DNA of 64,000 bases from assembly GCA_002471575.1 (NCBI GenBank), contig DKQG01000046.1, forward strand, positions 108,853-172,852, in the 5' to 3' direction. Positions 28,757 through 37,132 of this stretch are shown here, in pieces; within the stretch, counting starts at the first letter, position 1; each line of letters begins with the position of its first letter. The notes below the pieces were generated by a model. It was not told the DNA's origin, did no database searches, and saw nothing but the letters and a program-made list of their open reading frames with translations. Made by a program: the position numbers and the translations under genes. The stretch comes from Alphaproteobacteria bacterium UBA7314. GTDB lineage: Bacteria; Pseudomonadota; Alphaproteobacteria; MPNO01; UBA830.

Positions 28757-29410
28757 TGACTTGTCGGCTGGAAGCGCGGTAATACGAATTCCCGCGCCTG
28801 GTGATTTGTACTTCCGGTTTATCCAGATCAGCAACGACGTTAGGGCCTCGGCCGCGACAGCATTGTCGAGTGGCCCGGCCTCAATCGCGTTCAACCCCGC
28901 TGCCTCTGCAAGCCTTACGACCTCGCTCCGTGCCGTCGGGTCATCACCTGTCACCAGTACATCGCATTCGATGACATGCGCGGGATCCTGCAGATGCCCG
29001 GCCGATACATTCTGAAAAGCGGAAACCACACGGACACCCTCGCCCAGAACGGTCTGCGCGATATGCGCCGCACTGCCTTCTTCGGGTAACTGAACGCGCA
29101 TAACCCTCGGCGGCACAAGCGGAACCGTCACATCGACCAGTACCTTGCCCTGCAGGGTCTCTCGCAGCGCCGTGAGCGTTGTCCGTTGCGCCTGGTAGGG
29201 CACCGTCAGCACCGCGATATCACATGCCGTAGCAGCAGTCGCGTTATCCATTCCCTCTGCACCGATCTTCGCCGCGAAATCGACGGCACGCTCTTCAGAC
29301 CGCGATCCCACAAGCACCCGGTATCCTGCAGCCGCCCAGCGTGCAGCGAGCCCCGACCCCTCTGCCCCTGTTCCGCCTAGCACTGCAATTACCGGAAGCT
29401 GATCGATCAT
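28754..29410 (-). CDS. npdG: NADPH-dependent F420 reductase (Fno/NpdG family)
   Basis: 218 aa; VIAVLGGTGAEGSGLAARWAAAGYRVLVGSRS Rossmann N-terminus and overall match to the npdG/Fno family. ATG overlaps the fbiC stop by 4 bp. Confidence 0.72.
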   Translation of the reverse strand: MIDQLPVIAVLGGTGAEGSGLAARWAAAGYRVLVGSRSEERAVDFAAKIGAEGMDNATAATACDIAVLTVPYQAQRTTLTALRETLQGKVLVDVTVPLVPPRVMRVQLPEEGSAAHIAQTVLGEGVRVVSAFQNVSAGHLQDPAHVIECDVLVTGDDPTARSEVVRLAEAAGLNAIEAGPLDNAVAAEALTSLLIWINRKYKSPGAGIRITALPADKS

Positions 29411-31692
29411 TCTGCGGCCACTCCGTGAGCGTATTTGGACGCTGGGGTTTGAACCGGCGCATTGAGCGCTACGGCCGATCGCCCGGCCAGCGTTCGTTCC
29501 CTCGAGACGTTTTCGTACAGGGTGGATCTTTGCCGCGCAGTACGGCCAAGACCGGCAATCAGCGCTTCGATTGCCTCCGGCGAGAATTCCTGACCGTGAG
29601 ATGCGCCTGCGGCGCGGGAAATGGACTCATTCATCAGTGTGCCCCCCAGATCATTCGCGCCTGCATTCAGGCAGGCAGCCGCCCCTTCGGTGCCAACCTT
29701 GACCCAACTTGTCTGGATGTTGCGTATGACAGGGTACAGCACTAGCCGCGCGACCGCATGCATGAGAACAGCTTCTCGGAAAGTCGGTCCCCTCCGGGCG
29801 ATCCCCTTAAGATAAATCGGCGCTTCCATGTGCACGAAGGGCAGCGGCACGAATTCTGTAAATCCTCCAGTGCGCTGCTGAAGGTCTCGCAAGCGCAACA
29901 AATGCCCCGCCTGATGTAACGGTTGTTCCAGATGCCCAAACATTATAGTCGCCGTTGACCGCAACCCGACAGCGTGCGCCGTTTCCATCACTCCCAGCCA
30001 CTCGTCGGTGGAGAGTTTGTCGGCGCACAGAACCGCGCGCACTTCATCGTCGAGAATTTCCGCCGCCGTGCCCGGCAACGATCCGAGCCCCGCTTCTTTC
30101 AACCGCGCCAGATAGTCCACGACAGACAACCCAAGCGTCGCTGCACCCTGCGTAATTTCTAGTGGCGAAAACGCGTGGACATGAATATCGGGGGCAGCCG
30201 ATTTCACGGTCTCGACGATCGACGCGTATGTCTCGCCGGTATAATTGGGATGAATACCTCCCTGGAGGCAGACTTCGGTTGCACCGCGCGCCCAGGCTTC
30301 GGACGTCCGCCTTGCGATTTCATCAAGCGCAAGGTCATACGGCACACCACGAAGATTGGCACTCAGCTTCCCTTTTGAAAATGCACAAAACCCGCAACGG
30401 TATCCGCACACATTGGTATAATTGATGTTGCGGTTGACAGCGTAGGTCACGGTATCTCCTGATACCGAAGATCGGAGCGCATCTGCCGCCGCGACCACTT
30501 CGGCATATGCCGAACCACGGGCTTTAAACAGGTCCACGACCCGGTCCACGCTTAACCTGCCCCCTGCAACGGCAATATCGATTGCGCCTCGGACCACAAA
30601 TCCTTCGCCGCCGATCACTGCTGGTGCTCGCGGTGCCTGATCCGGCATGCCGGGAGCCCAACGGTCGTCCCTTGCCAATCCATCGGCATCCATCGAGCGC
30701 AATACTGCCGGCCGCACCGCATCGTCGAGCCAACCGTCCTCAAAAACGTAACGCGGATAAACCGGCAGTCGGGCCGCAAGGGCCCTCCCCTTCGATGCCG
30801 CACCGTTTCGCAGCATGGCGATTTCCGGCCAGGGCGCTTCCGGGTTCACGTGATCGAGCGTAACCGGCGAAACACCGCCCCAGTCGTTGAGTCCCGCTTC
30901 AATAAGTTCAGGAAAATCGTCGGCACTGAGGTTCGGGGGGGCCTGGATAGAGATATCCTGGCCGAACAGCTCGCGGGTCGACCGGATCGTCCATTTCAGG
31001 TCTTCCAGCGACGGCTCCGGCTTATCCGACATCTGCGTCCCCGGTTTCGCCCGGAAATTCTGAATGATGATCTCCTGAATATGGCCATAGCGATCATGCA
31101 GGTGCTTTATCTCTGAGAGGGCCGCAAGCCGTTCATCCCGGGTCTCGCCAATACCGATCAATATGCCGGAGGTAAACGGCACCCGTGCTTCCCCGGCGAG
31201 GCGAATGGTTTCCAATCGGGCAGACGGGTCTTTGTCAGGTGATCCGAAATGGGGACCACCTTTCTGCATCAACGAGGGCGCAACACCCTCCAGCATCATG
31301 CCCATCGATGCGGAAACCGGGCGCAGCAACGCAACATCGTCAGCCGTCATCACCCCGGGATTTAGATGCGGCAGCAAACCGGTCTCTTCAAGCACCAGTC
31401 TCGCCATTTCTGCCAGGTAGGAAATCGTCGTTTCGTGACCTAATTCAGTCAGCTCTTCGTGTGCCGTCCGGTAGCGAAGCTCCGGCTTGTCGCCCAGCGT
31501 GAACAAGGCCTCAGTACACCCTGCGTCGGCTCCCGAGCGGGCGATCGCCAGCACGTCATCAGACGTCAAATAGGCGGTTTCGCCCCGCTTCGGCGGATGC
31601 GCGAAGGTGCAGTAGTGGCACACATTGCGGCACAGCTTCGTCAGCGGGATAAACACCTTGGGACTATAGGTAATTAGGCCGTCGGAAATCAT
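29407..31692 (-). CDS. fbiC: FO synthase, bifunctional CofG/CofH (7,8-didemethyl-8-hydroxy-5-deazariboflavin synthase)
   Basis: 761 aa with two radical-SAM cysteine triads (CRNVCHYCTF and CGYRCGFCAF), one in each half, characteristic of fused FbiC. Confidence 0.88.
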   Translation of the reverse strand: MISDGLITYSPKVFIPLTKLCRNVCHYCTFAHPPKRGETAYLTSDDVLAIARSGADAGCTEALFTLGDKPELRYRTAHEELTELGHETTISYLAEMARLVLEETGLLPHLNPGVMTADDVALLRPVSASMGMMLEGVAPSLMQKGGPHFGSPDKDPSARLETIRLAGEARVPFTSGILIGIGETRDERLAALSEIKHLHDRYGHIQEIIIQNFRAKPGTQMSDKPEPSLEDLKWTIRSTRELFGQDISIQAPPNLSADDFPELIEAGLNDWGGVSPVTLDHVNPEAPWPEIAMLRNGAASKGRALAARLPVYPRYVFEDGWLDDAVRPAVLRSMDADGLARDDRWAPGMPDQAPRAPAVIGGEGFVVRGAIDIAVAGGRLSVDRVVDLFKARGSAYAEVVAAADALRSSVSGDTVTYAVNRNINYTNVCGYRCGFCAFSKGKLSANLRGVPYDLALDEIARRTSEAWARGATEVCLQGGIHPNYTGETYASIVETVKSAAPDIHVHAFSPLEITQGAATLGLSVVDYLARLKEAGLGSLPGTAAEILDDEVRAVLCADKLSTDEWLGVMETAHAVGLRSTATIMFGHLEQPLHQAGHLLRLRDLQQRTGGFTEFVPLPFVHMEAPIYLKGIARRGPTFREAVLMHAVARLVLYPVIRNIQTSWVKVGTEGAAACLNAGANDLGGTLMNESISRAAGASHGQEFSPEAIEALIAGLGRTARQRSTLYENVSRERTLAGRSAVALNAPVQTPASKYAHGVAAE

Positions 31693-31992
31693 CAGTGGTG
31701 CAACCGCAATAGAGGAAATTTAATGCAATGCCGTCGCCCGCATTGGGATCTCAATACGCGACCTTGATGCTGAGACAGAAAAGGGTGAATCCACGACGGG
31801 GTCAAGTGATGCTTCTTAAATAAAAGGGTATGCTTTCAGAGCCCGAAGATGCATCTGGCATCAATCCATAGTCGGGCCGAAAACCACTACATCGCAAGTC
31901 TGATGAACGTTCACAGACACATTTGGATGGTGCTGAATGACCCCGCTTCGAAGTGCGACTAAGTCTGTTTTGCCGGAACAAAGAAGCTCAGG

Positions 31993-32742
31993 CTAGTAAC
32001 CTACTATCACCTCACCTGAATTGGGGCTGATTACCTGGCCGGAAACCAGATCGGTCTCTGCACTAGCGAGCCACGCGACGGCGTAGGATATATCGATCGG
32101 TTTACAGAATTGTCCCAGTGGCATGAGTTTCTCACGCTCCGCGATTTTTTCTGGCGGGTTGGAGCCCTGCGTCATGCCGGTGACAATGAAACCCGGGGCG
32201 ACAGCATTGACCTTGATCCGCCATGGCGCGAGCTCCCGCGCCCAACTTTTGGTGAATCCGGAAATCGCCGCCTTCGAAGCCGCGTAGTGGCTAGCCAACT
32301 GGCTACCGCCCATGGCGTAGATCGACGAGATATTGATGACCTTTCCGTCCTTCTTTTCCTTCATGCCAGGAAGAACGGTCTGGGTGGCAAAGAACGTGCC
32401 GCGTACATGCACTTCGAACATCTGATTATATATGTCTTCCGTGATGTCCTCTATCGTGCGCCGCGCGCCACCGACGCCGGCATTGTTGACCAGAACGTCA
32501 ACCGGGCCGGCCGCCCTGATTCCGTCTGTGAACGCAGGCACGTCCCGGATATCGGCGACGACGACCGTCGCGTCGCGCCCATGGCCCCGAACCATCTCTG
32601 CGGTTTCTTCTGCACCATCAGCCTTGATGTCGTGAACGACGATGTCCGCGCCGCGTTCCGCCATAAGCACAGCGTGGCTCTGCCCCATGCCACCGCCGGC
32701 ACCAGTAATTAGCGCGCGTTTTCCTTCGAGCGTCGCAGTCAT
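31993..32742 (-). CDS. Short-chain dehydrogenase/reductase (SDR)
   Basis: Start ATG 32742 with GGAGG 5 nt upstream (track start 32766); ALITGAGGGMGQS...NNAG...YAASKAA SDR motifs. Confidence 0.85.
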   Translation of the reverse strand: MTATLEGKRALITGAGGGMGQSHAVLMAERGADIVVHDIKADGAEETAEMVRGHGRDATVVVADIRDVPAFTDGIRAAGPVDVLVNNAGVGGARRTIEDITEDIYNQMFEVHVRGTFFATQTVLPGMKEKKDGKVINISSIYAMGGSQLASHYAASKAAISGFTKSWARELAPWRIKVNAVAPGFIVTGMTQGSNPPEKIAEREKLMPLGQFCKPIDISYAVAWLASAETDLVSGQVISPNSGEVIVGY

Positions 32743-32829
32743 GCTTCCTCCCCGTAGATTGTTCACAAGCTAGCGAGTTCGGTATACTTCGCCAAAACAA
32801 CAAATGCTATCTGAGCGAGGCACCGCGGC

Positions 32830-34194
32830 ATGGGCGACCCGAATTACGATCCGAAGAACCACAAACTGATGACTTTCCATGACGCCATCGCAAAATTCCG
32901 CGACGGGTCTGATACACCCCGCGCGTATCTGGAACGCTGCCTGGAAAGAATAGACGCCATTGAAAATGATGTGATGGCATGGGAAATCATCAATACGGAA
33001 CCAGCCCGCATGGCGGCGGACGATGCCGGCAAACGCTATGCGGACGGCAATCCGCTGTCGCCTGTCGACGGCATGCCGATTGGCATCAAGGACCTAATCG
33101 AGACCGTCGATATGCCAACTGAGTATGGCAGTGAGCTGTTCAGGGATCACCGGCCGATCCGTGACGCAGCCTCTGTAAACGCACTGCGTAAAGGTGGAGC
33201 TATCATTCTGGGCAAGACGGTGACGGTTACCTTTGGGGGGGGCGATCCGTCCCGCACCCGCAATCCGCACGATCTGACCCGCACGCCGGGAGGATCTTCG
33301 TCCGGTACAGCGGCGGCGGTCGGCGGCGGCACCATACCGGGTGCGCTTGGCACGCATGCGCGCGGATCCACGATACGCCCGGCCAGTTTTTGCGGCGCCT
33401 ACGCGATCAAGGCCACGTTCGGTGCGCTGAACCGACAGGGAGTATTTTCCGCGGCGCACAGCATGGATCATCTTGGTGTATTCGGCGGCGATCTATCGGA
33501 TGTCTGGACCATGTCGCGGCATATTTCGAAACACGGTGGCGGCGACCCGGGGTACCCAGGCCTTTTCGGCGGAGATAGGGCGCCGCCGCCTCGAAAACCG
33601 GCACGCCTGATCCGGTTGGAAACCGCAGGATGGAACCAGACCGATGATGCCACTAAAGCTGTGTTCGAAGATTTCCTTGGGGGCTTGCGTGACGCTGGCA
33701 TTGAAATTTTCGACCGGACCGATGACCCGTCGATTGACGCCTATGAGCAGGTCTTCGCCGATATCCCGGAACTCTGGCGCAGCCTGTACCGTTTCGAATT
33801 CCAATGGCCGATGCTGCAATACAAGGAACGCTACCCGGATCAGATACCGCCTCGCCTCCTGATGGGATTGAAGGAAGCTGAAGGGCTGAGCCAGGCCGAA
33901 TACCGGGAGGCGTTAAACCGCCGGGTACGAATTCGCGACCTACACCGACAGCTGAGTCATCGCGCCGATGCTTTTGTCACGTTGTCGTCTCCCGGTCCCG
34001 GCCCGGTTGGCTTGGACCAGGGCAGCGCCGTGTACAATGAAGGATCGTCCGTGATCGGCATGCCGGCGCTGTCGCTGCCGCTGATGGCCGTCGACAGCGC
34101 ACCTGTAGGCGTGCAGATACTCGGCCAGTTCGACGAGGACGAACGCCTAACCGCCATCGGGCGATGGATAGCGGAAGAGCATTTCAATAGCTGA
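32830..34194 (+). CDS. Amidase signature (AS) family amidase (second copy)
   Basis: 454 aa; GGSSSGTAAAVGGGTIPGALGTHARGSTIRPASFCG... AS motif. Confidence 0.85.
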   Translation: MGDPNYDPKNHKLMTFHDAIAKFRDGSDTPRAYLERCLERIDAIENDVMAWEIINTEPARMAADDAGKRYADGNPLSPVDGMPIGIKDLIETVDMPTEYGSELFRDHRPIRDAASVNALRKGGAIILGKTVTVTFGGGDPSRTRNPHDLTRTPGGSSSGTAAAVGGGTIPGALGTHARGSTIRPASFCGAYAIKATFGALNRQGVFSAAHSMDHLGVFGGDLSDVWTMSRHISKHGGGDPGYPGLFGGDRAPPPRKPARLIRLETAGWNQTDDATKAVFEDFLGGLRDAGIEIFDRTDDPSIDAYEQVFADIPELWRSLYRFEFQWPMLQYKERYPDQIPPRLLMGLKEAEGLSQAEYREALNRRVRIRDLHRQLSHRADAFVTLSSPGPGPVGLDQGSAVYNEGSSVIGMPALSLPLMAVDSAPVGVQILGQFDEDERLTAIGRWIAEEHFNS

Positions 34195-34208
34195 ACGTGG
34201 AGACTGGA

Positions 34209-34964
34209 ATGTCCAGGCTTAAAGACAGGGTCGCCGTAATCACCGGTGGATCGCAGGGGATCGGCGCGGCTTACGCGCGTAGTTTTACGGCGGAAGGTGC
34301 AAAGGTCGTGATCGCTGATGTTGCGCCTGCTGACAATCTAATCGCCGAGATTGAGGAAGTGGGCGGCACCGCGATGTTTATTGAAACCGACGTTACGAAC
34401 GAGGCAGCCGTTACCAAAATGGCAACCATGGCGGTGGATGCATTCGGCCGGATCGATGTGCTGGTGAACAACGCGGCGCTGTGGGTGAACATTCCCGCAA
34501 AACCGATCCTGGATATCCCTAAGGAGGAATGGGACAGGGTTCTCGACGTCAACATCAACGGTATGTTCCTCTGTACCAAAGCTGTAGTGCCGCAAATGCG
34601 GGCACAAGGATATGGCAAAATCATTAATATCTCATCGGGGCGCGCGCTGAAGGGATATACCAACCTTCTACACTACGACACATCCAAGGGGGCCGTTATC
34701 TCTTTCACCCGATCAATCGCCCGCGAACTGGGCGATGACGGTATCCGGGCCAATACAATCGCACCCGGCGGTATCATGACGGAGGCAGTGCTGGCACATG
34801 ATGTTGTCCGAACCCACATCGCCAAGGGGACGGCAACCCGCGCAATCAAACGAGAACAGGTACCGGAGGACGTAGTCGGTGCCTGCATCTTTCTCGCCAG
34901 CGCGGAGAGTGATTTCATCACGGGTCAGGTTCTGGCAGTCGACGGTGGTTCTGCGATGAACTGA
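34209..34964 (+). CDS. Short-chain dehydrogenase/reductase (SDR)
   Basis: ATG 34209 with GGAG 8 nt upstream (track GTG 34197 is 3 nt after the amidase stop); VITGGSQGIGAA...NNAA...YDTSKGA SDR motifs. Confidence 0.85.
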   Translation: MSRLKDRVAVITGGSQGIGAAYARSFTAEGAKVVIADVAPADNLIAEIEEVGGTAMFIETDVTNEAAVTKMATMAVDAFGRIDVLVNNAALWVNIPAKPILDIPKEEWDRVLDVNINGMFLCTKAVVPQMRAQGYGKIINISSGRALKGYTNLLHYDTSKGAVISFTRSIARELGDDGIRANTIAPGGIMTEAVLAHDVVRTHIAKGTATRAIKREQVPEDVVGACIFLASAESDFITGQVLAVDGGSAMN

Positions 34965-35044
34965 CAAGCGCCGGATTTGCGCCTTGCAATCGAGGTGCAC
35001 ATCAACTATATAATATCAAATGATATGATGCAGAGTGTGGATTC

Positions 35045-35407
35045 ATGACTGAACAGGTCGATAAATCCCGTCCGATAGAAAACACTACAGTTTTCACTTC
35101 GGAAGAAACCCAGCGTGGATACAGGCTCAACAAGTTTGCTATGTCCATGTGTAAACCGGAAAATCGGGAGGCGTTCGTGGAGGACGAAGAAGCGGTCCTT
35201 GCGGCAGCCGATCTGACAGAGACGGAACGCCAACTGATCCGCGACCGTGACTGGCGCACAATCATGGACGAGCATGGCGGCAATATTTACATGATCATTA
35301 AGATCGGTGCCGTTATCGGGCACGGGCTGTATCAGATCGGCGCGCATCAGCGAGGCGAAACCTATGAGGAATTCCTCTCTACCCGCAACGCCGCAGGCGC
35401 AAGGTAG
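35045..35407 (+). CDS. ligA: Extradiol ring-cleavage dioxygenase LigAB-type, LigA (alpha) subunit
   Basis: 120 aa; RGYRLNKFAMSMCKPENREAFVEDEEA...LTETERQLIRDRDW resembles the protocatechuate 4,5-dioxygenase alpha chain. Immediately upstream of LigB. Confidence 0.75.
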   Translation: MTEQVDKSRPIENTTVFTSEETQRGYRLNKFAMSMCKPENREAFVEDEEAVLAAADLTETERQLIRDRDWRTIMDEHGGNIYMIIKIGAVIGHGLYQIGAHQRGETYEEFLSTRNAAGAR

Positions 35408-35419
35408 AGAGAACCCGTC

Positions 35420-36274
35420 ATGGCTAAAATAATCGCCGGTATCGGCACATCTCATGTACCGTCTATCGGTGTCGTCCACGATCAGGGACGCCATGACGAG
35501 CCCGACTGGAAACCCTTGTTCGACGCCTACGGACCCGTCAAGAAATGGCTGAACGAGATCAAACCGGACATCGCCATCGTCGTTTATAACGACCACGGTT
35601 GCGATTTCTTCTTTGACAAATACCCGACCTTCGCGATCGGTGCCGCCGAGAAATACGAGGTGGGCGACGAAGGTTGGGGCCGCCGTCCCCTGCCCGCTTT
35701 TGCGGGCAATCCCGACTTTTCCTGGCACCTCTGCAATTCGCTGGTATATGACGAATTCGACATCACGGTATGCCAAGAAATGGCTGTCGAACACGGCTTC
35801 ATGGTGCCGATGCACCTTTGCTGGGACCACAATGATACATGGCCGGTGCAGGTCGTGCCCGTGGCGGTGAACGTGATCCAGCATCCGTTGCCCACCGCTC
35901 TGCGCTGCTGGAAACTTGGCCAGGCGATCCGCAGGGCTGTAGAGAGTTGCCCCGATGATCTAAAAGTCGTGATCCTTGGAACGGGCGGCATGTCGCACCA
36001 GCTGAATGGTGCCCGCTTCGGTCATCTGAATACGGACTTCGACAAAGACTTCCTCGACAAGATTGAAGCCGACCCCATGGCACTGACGGAAATGACCCAT
36101 CAGCACATAATGGAAGAAGCCGGTGCAGAAGCCGTCGAGTTAATTATGTGGCTGACCATGCGCGGTGCACTGAGTAGCGACGTCAGCCGCGTACATCGGA
36201 ATTACTATGCGCCCATGACCACGGGTATGGGCCTTATCGCTATGGAAGACGCTTGCCTGAACAGGCTGACCTAA
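35420..36274 (+). CDS. ligB: Extradiol ring-cleavage dioxygenase class III, LigB (beta/catalytic) subunit
   Basis: 284 aa; MAKIIAGIGTSHVPSIG...VVYNDHGCDFFFDKYPTFAIG...GTGGMSHQL typical of LigB-type dioxygenases. Confidence 0.85.
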   Translation: MAKIIAGIGTSHVPSIGVVHDQGRHDEPDWKPLFDAYGPVKKWLNEIKPDIAIVVYNDHGCDFFFDKYPTFAIGAAEKYEVGDEGWGRRPLPAFAGNPDFSWHLCNSLVYDEFDITVCQEMAVEHGFMVPMHLCWDHNDTWPVQVVPVAVNVIQHPLPTALRCWKLGQAIRRAVESCPDDLKVVILGTGGMSHQLNGARFGHLNTDFDKDFLDKIEADPMALTEMTHQHIMEEAGAEAVELIMWLTMRGALSSDVSRVHRNYYAPMTTGMGLIAMEDACLNRLT

Positions 36275-36539
36275 TCAACACACACGGAAAGCTGTATAGG
36301 GGGAGCTCGCGTCGTCATCATCAGCGGCGGGCCGAGTGCCTGCTCTGGCACCTGACCTAGATGCCCTAAAAGTTGCCGAATAACGACCCGTTCGACCAAT
36401 GCATCCATGAGGGCAAACTAATGTATCTATCCAAGCCAGAAAAGGCGATGGCCGCGCTGTTGGAGCAATATTCGGACCTACCGTTCGAGGGGTTACTGAC
36501 GCGGCCCTCGGGAAAGAACTGGGGGTCCATCAGCGACAT

Positions 36540-37046
36540 TCAATCGATTGCCTCATACTTATCCCGTTTAACACCGGCCAGGTTCTGACCCTCCACACGG
36601 ATTAGGCGGGTGGTGGCAGTGCGCGACGGCGAATGCAGGTCACCCTCGTTATAGAGATGCGCGTGCCCCCGGGTCAGATCATATTCCCTGACCTTCTTCA
36701 CCTTGCCAGGCTCACCGTCTTTCGGGGACTTGACCTTTTCCCAGTCGGTCATCGTGGTGACGCCATCAGCCTGCGAATAGATTGCCCAGCTGGGACCATG
36801 GTCATGAGGATTGGAACCCTTTGCTCCTTCGTAAACGTGCGCAAGGATACAGAATCCATGCTTTTCGTCTTCGTAAATCAACTGTCGTGGCGTCGTGTTT
36901 TCGGGGCCGAGATGCGTTGCAACGAAATCATCATCCTCGCAGGCCATTGCGACGTAGTCGCGAACTTTTGCACGTCCTGCAGGGCCTGGATCGACATCCA
37001 TCGCAGCGCGGCAATCGGCTGACAGTTTTTCGAGTGTATAGCTCAT
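36540..37046 (-). CDS. Cupin-fold protein, cysteine dioxygenase type I-like
   Basis: ATG 37046 (MSYTLEKL); HGFCILAHVYEGAKGSNPHDHGPSWAIYSQADGVTTMTDWE resembles the CDO cupin metal-binding motif region. Confidence 0.5.
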   Translation of the reverse strand: MSYTLEKLSADCRAAMDVDPGPAGRAKVRDYVAMACEDDDFVATHLGPENTTPRQLIYEDEKHGFCILAHVYEGAKGSNPHDHGPSWAIYSQADGVTTMTDWEKVKSPKDGEPGKVKKVREYDLTRGHAHLYNEGDLHSPSRTATTRLIRVEGQNLAGVKRDKYEAID

Positions 37047-37132
37047 TGGGTGAGAAACTCCAGTCGTATGCAAATATCGCGGTATTTTAGTCTCGTTGAC
37101 AGATAGCGCAATTCGCCCGGATATCCTTTATG

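Noticed and set aside
35006-35884. 292-aa minus-strand ORF
   Set aside because: Antisense to ligA and ligB, which have strong family matches.
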